The notes under the pieces were generated by a model. The model was not told where the DNA came from and made no database searches. It was given only the letters and a program-made list of their open reading frames with translations. Positions 25,042-28,573 of a DNA stretch of 28,573 nucleotides are shown piece by piece (the stretch's first letter is position 1; each line of letters begins with the position of its first letter). The stretch spans positions 1 to 28,573 of the IMG/VR virus record IMGVR_UViG_3300008267_006297, one strand, 5' to 3'. The position numbers and the translations under genes were made by a program. The stretch is from a virus (lineage: Duplodnaviria; Caudoviricetes).

Positions 25042-26739
25042 ATGGCTGCTGCGGGAAATCCTACAATCTCAACATTCTTGGAACTCCGCGACAACATGAG
25101 CGCGGGGGTCAAGTCGGTTGCATCGGAGATCGATCGGCTTAGGGACGCAGCGAAGGCGGCAGAAGATGCCATCATTCGTATGAAGCAGGCGCAGGCTATG
25201 CGCCCCCCTAAGCCACCTCCTCCTCCCAAGCCGCCTCGTATGCCAGGTGCTCCCGGCGCTCCGGGTGGTGGGCGTCCCGACGAGATGTTTCGGTTCACGG
25301 GTGGCATCTTCAATGCCGTCACCCGCGCCAATCTGCTGGTAGACGCGATTGAGAATGCGGTTATGGGCGCTACTCACGCGGTCACGGGACTGCTGAAGTA
25401 CACCATCAAGGTGGGCGAGGAATACGAAAACACACAACTTCGTATCGCCAATACGCTCACCAGCATGAGTTTGGCGCCTTCTGTTAAAACCGCATCTGAG
25501 GGGGCTCTTGAGATTATGTCCACGCTTCGTACCATGGCAGCAAAGCTGCCTGGCGAGGCTAAGGACTACTACAACGTGTTTGCTGCCGCACTGCCCGACG
25601 CAATTGCGGCAGGCATGACGGACATCAAGAAGTACACAGAATTTGCGGGCAAGTACACGGCTGCGGCTATGAGCCGCATGGTGGATGCGCCACAGGCCGG
25701 TCGCGACTTGCAGGAAATGCTGCAAGGTCGTGCTCACCTCCGCACCAAGACCTACCAAGAACTACGCACCTACATTGGCATGTCGGCCAAGGAGTTCAAT
25801 AAACTGGCTCCTGAGAAGCGTATGTCTTTGCTGATGGATGCCGTGGCCAAGGCAAGCGGCGGCATGGCTATGGCAGCAGAAACGGCGAATGCCAAGTTTG
25901 GTGAGTTGAAGTCTCGCATTGAAGAGATTTTTGCTATTGGCGGACAACCATTTTTTGAAGCCGTAAAAACAGGTGTAACTGAAATCAACCAGTGGCTTGA
26001 GAAAAACAAGGTCGCCGTCATGGATTTGGCGCGATCCGTAGCAACTGGCTTGGGTGACGCATTTGTTGGCGTATTGTCTACTGTCAAAACAATAGCAGAC
26101 AAAATTGCAGAATTGAAAGGTGAAGGAACAACTACTGCCGCCAAGACCCGCTCTGAGCGCCTCAAGGAATTGGAGGCTGCTTATATGGAACGCTCAACCT
26201 TTGAGTCTTTGACTTCTTTTGTTCCTGGGGTTGGGCTCTATTACGCCATGCGTGACCTTGGCGAAATTGAGCGCCTCTCAAAAGAAACTGAAGCAGACTA
26301 CAAGAAGTTCCTTGAACAGCAGGCGACAATTCAAAGTCGTGCAGGTGCGGCAGCACAGATTAAGCCGAAAGCCTATACGCCTGGCATTTTGGAGCAACTT
26401 GCGGCGGAAACTCGCCTCAAGGAATTGGCCCCTGTTAAGGGCGTAAAGAGTATGTTTGGCACGCAGGCAGAGTGGGCGGCATTTGTTGAGGCTAGAGGAT
26501 ACGATCCTAAGGCACTGTGGGATCAGTTAATAAAAGAGGGCAAGGTCGAAATGCCCAAGGCTCCCACCTCGGTTCGCGAACTCAAGGTCGAGTTCAACAA
26601 CAACCGCTTCGACATTCGGCAGGAGTTCGCGGAGGGGTTCGACCCTGATCGCATCGCAGTGGCGTTTGCCTCGGACCTTGCCCGTGCGGGTGAGATGAAG
26701 TTGGGTGCCGTGACCGCCCCGACGTTTAGCGCCCACTAA
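25042..26739 (+). CDS. Tail tape measure protein
   Basis: N-terminal LELRDNMSAGVKSV; helical and Ala-rich; follows the G/GT chaperone; C-terminal VEFNNNRFDIRQEF. Confidence 0.82.
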   Translation: MAAAGNPTISTFLELRDNMSAGVKSVASEIDRLRDAAKAAEDAIIRMKQAQAMRPPKPPPPPKPPRMPGAPGAPGGGRPDEMFRFTGGIFNAVTRANLLVDAIENAVMGATHAVTGLLKYTIKVGEEYENTQLRIANTLTSMSLAPSVKTASEGALEIMSTLRTMAAKLPGEAKDYYNVFAAALPDAIAAGMTDIKKYTEFAGKYTAAAMSRMVDAPQAGRDLQEMLQGRAHLRTKTYQELRTYIGMSAKEFNKLAPEKRMSLLMDAVAKASGGMAMAAETANAKFGELKSRIEEIFAIGGQPFFEAVKTGVTEINQWLEKNKVAVMDLARSVATGLGDAFVGVLSTVKTIADKIAELKGEGTTTAAKTRSERLKELEAAYMERSTFESLTSFVPGVGLYYAMRDLGEIERLSKETEADYKKFLEQQATIQSRAGAAAQIKPKAYTPGILEQLAAETRLKELAPVKGVKSMFGTQAEWAAFVEARGYDPKALWDQLIKEGKVEMPKAPTSVRELKVEFNNNRFDIRQEFAEGFDPDRIAVAFASDLARAGEMKLGAVTAPTFSAH

Positions 26740-26751
26740 GGACTCCTCGCC

Positions 26752-27978
26752 ATGGCCAACGCACCCCCTAACGAGTCATCCTCCCTCACGCTGGCCGAAG
26801 AAGGTGGCGGCACGCTTAAACTGACTAAACGCGCCCTGCCTTATATGCCGCTGTCCATTGGCGGCAAGCAGCGGGCAGAGTTCGTGTGGTACCCCGGTAG
26901 CCCGCAGGCCACGGTGCAGATGCTGGGGCCAGAGGAGGACGTTATCGTCCTCAAGGGGTTCTGGAAGGACAAGTTCATTGAGGGAACTGGCGCGGCTAAG
27001 TATGTGTCAGCAGAAGTAAACCTTGTTCGTTCAGCTTTGAACAGCGGGCTGAACACTGCCGCTAATGTTGCCAACGTCGTTGAGTTGGTCAAGATTGTGG
27101 ACACCATGCGCCGCATGGGGAAGCGGATCACCCTGTCTTGGGATCGGCTCCAGCGCATTGGCCACATCACCGCCTTTACGCAGACGTGGCAGACCACGCA
27201 TTACTGCGAGTGGGAACTTGAGTTCTCGGTGGTGGCACAGGAAGCAACTACGATTCCTGCCGCTGTCGCCAACAAGCCCACCCTGACGGATATTGCGACC
27301 CAAGCAGCCAGCAATCGCAGTGGTGTGCAGAACGCATGGCTGGCTCCTAAGCCCCTTGCCATCACTCCGCTTGGTCCTTTTGAGGAAGCACTGCGAAACT
27401 TTGACGACTCCGCTCGGTCGTGGACTAACTACATCGCAGCCACGGCGCAGAGCCTGGCTAACGGCATCTACATGGTGCCTAACGTTGTGCGGTCAGTGAT
27501 TGCCACCAGCACTGGAGCAGTCAATGCCTGCAATGCCGTCATTGGCACGTTTATCGACCGCTCTCTAACGGAGGTTTACGCTTTTGGCTCTGGTGTAGGA
27601 GCGGCAGTAGAAGCGGTCACGGGTGAGCAGAACATGCTGCGCGAGGACTCCTTGCCCTACGGCATCCAGCTTGGGGCGGCGAGTTACACGCGGGGCGTTC
27701 GTAGTTCTATCGTCCAAGTTCGCAACAATAACGCCATCTGGCGCTATGAGTACCAGCGGCAGATGACGCAGGGTAGCCAAGCAGTTTCTGTGCTTGCCAA
27801 GCAAGCCATGGACCTGCGGGCTATTAGCGAGCAGTATTACGGCACCCAAGACTACTGGAAGCAACTGATGCTCTACAACGGCCTTACGTCGAGTCGTCTG
27901 GAGGCAGGCATGTTGGTCTTTGTGCCGCAGAACTCGTCTGCCTTGGTGGCAGGGCTGATTGAGGGAGGAGGCTACTGA
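26752..27978 (+). CDS. Tail tube initiator/baseplate protein with C-terminal LysM-like domain
   Basis: N-terminal WYPG...TVQMLGPEEDVIVLKG...ITLSW (gpU-like); C-terminal DLRAISEQYYGTQDYWKQLMLYNGL....LEAGMLVFVP (LysM/gpX-like). Confidence 0.8.
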   Translation: MANAPPNESSSLTLAEEGGGTLKLTKRALPYMPLSIGGKQRAEFVWYPGSPQATVQMLGPEEDVIVLKGFWKDKFIEGTGAAKYVSAEVNLVRSALNSGLNTAANVANVVELVKIVDTMRRMGKRITLSWDRLQRIGHITAFTQTWQTTHYCEWELEFSVVAQEATTIPAAVANKPTLTDIATQAASNRSGVQNAWLAPKPLAITPLGPFEEALRNFDDSARSWTNYIAATAQSLANGIYMVPNVVRSVIATSTGAVNACNAVIGTFIDRSLTEVYAFGSGVGAAVEAVTGEQNMLREDSLPYGIQLGAASYTRGVRSSIVQVRNNNAIWRYEYQRQMTQGSQAVSVLAKQAMDLRAISEQYYGTQDYWKQLMLYNGLTSSRLEAGMLVFVPQNSSALVAGLIEGGGY

Positions 27979-28573
27979 TGGCTGGCTCCCCGCTAGGTGT
28001 GACCTACTACCCTTCATGCGTGGTCAACATGCGCGTGAAGTTTGATGAGGCGTACCAGGCTGGTGCGGGGCGGTCTATTACCTCCTACACCAAAGAGGAA
28101 CTTTCCAAGGGCGGCATCATCCTCGACTTGGAGGAGCAAGGTGCCGGCATGGCACTTGACCTCAACGCTAATGCAGAGGGGAGCCACATCACGGCGCGCA
28201 TTCCGATCAAGGCCAGCGTGGAGTTGGCCGGGATGCGAAAGCCGGGGAAGTTCTCGCTGACGTTTGACTATCGGGTGCTGCCGATTGATCCACGGCTGGT
28301 GCGATCTGCGGCAGTCGAAATCTACATGGACTCGGTGCCTGCTGGTGACTTTGCCCAAGGTGTGCTGCAAACGGCAGGTGAGGAGCGAGTCTCGCAGATC
28401 ACGACGGCGCGTCGGAAGTCGGCTCTGATGCCATCTGTGGACAACCTTGTCTTGCAAGGGCTAATGGACAGTTGGCGGGTCCAGCACACGTCTAGTGGCA
28501 GTCTGGTACACATTGAAGGTCGGGACATGACGGGGCTGTTTCTCAACACGCCCATCACAACGGAGATGGTCAA
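27978..28573 (+). CDS. Baseplate hub protein (P2 gpD/Mu gp44-like), 3'-truncated; not in the ORF track
   Basis: TGATG overlap after GGAGGAGG; frame open to the window end (MAGSPLGVTYYPSC...LQGLMDSWRVQHTSSGSLVHIEGRDMTGLFLNTP) with the hub-type 'G.vD........I.GRD.T..l' motif. Confidence 0.72.
   Translation, partial: MAGSPLGVTYYPSCVVNMRVKFDEAYQAGAGRSITSYTKEELSKGGIILDLEEQGAGMALDLNANAEGSHITARIPIKASVELAGMRKPGKFSLTFDYRVLPIDPRLVRSAAVEIYMDSVPAGDFAQGVLQTAGEERVSQITTARRKSALMPSVDNLVLQGLMDSWRVQHTSSGSLVHIEGRDMTGLFLNTPITTEMV

Noticed and set aside
3944-28573. Tailocin/eCIS/T6SS interpretation
   Set aside because: Capsid, adaptor and neck genes are present, indicating a headed phage.
1-28573. Stop-codon reassignment
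   Set aside because: TAA, TAG and TGA all end genes at sensible boundaries, and coding density is high under the standard bacterial code.

Overview
All + strand, G+C-rich morphogenesis region of a tailed phage or prophage with a contractile tail (myovirus type). Gene order: 3' part of an N4-gp56-like major capsid gene; a ~420-nt densely base-paired non-coding region; head-completion/neck genes; tail sheath; ~16 kb of fibre/adhesin genes (5951-22219); an M15 peptidase + peptidoglycan-binding lysin; a non-canonical tRNA-Ala(UGC); two small ORFs; tail tube; a tail assembly chaperone with a clear -1 frameshift extension missing from the ORF track; tape measure; a LysM tube-initiator; and the start of a baseplate hub gene. 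The most unusual points are: (1) sheath and tube genes are split by ~18 kb of modular appendage genes sharing N-terminal and cement-like modules; (2) two autotransporter-passenger-like beta-helix proteins occur with a stand-alone copy of the C-terminal cap; (3) the large structured RNA candidate after the capsid gene; (4) the tRNA with A8/U14 and U53-A61. Product calls come from motifs recognised by eye plus synteny; no searches were run and the host cannot be determined.
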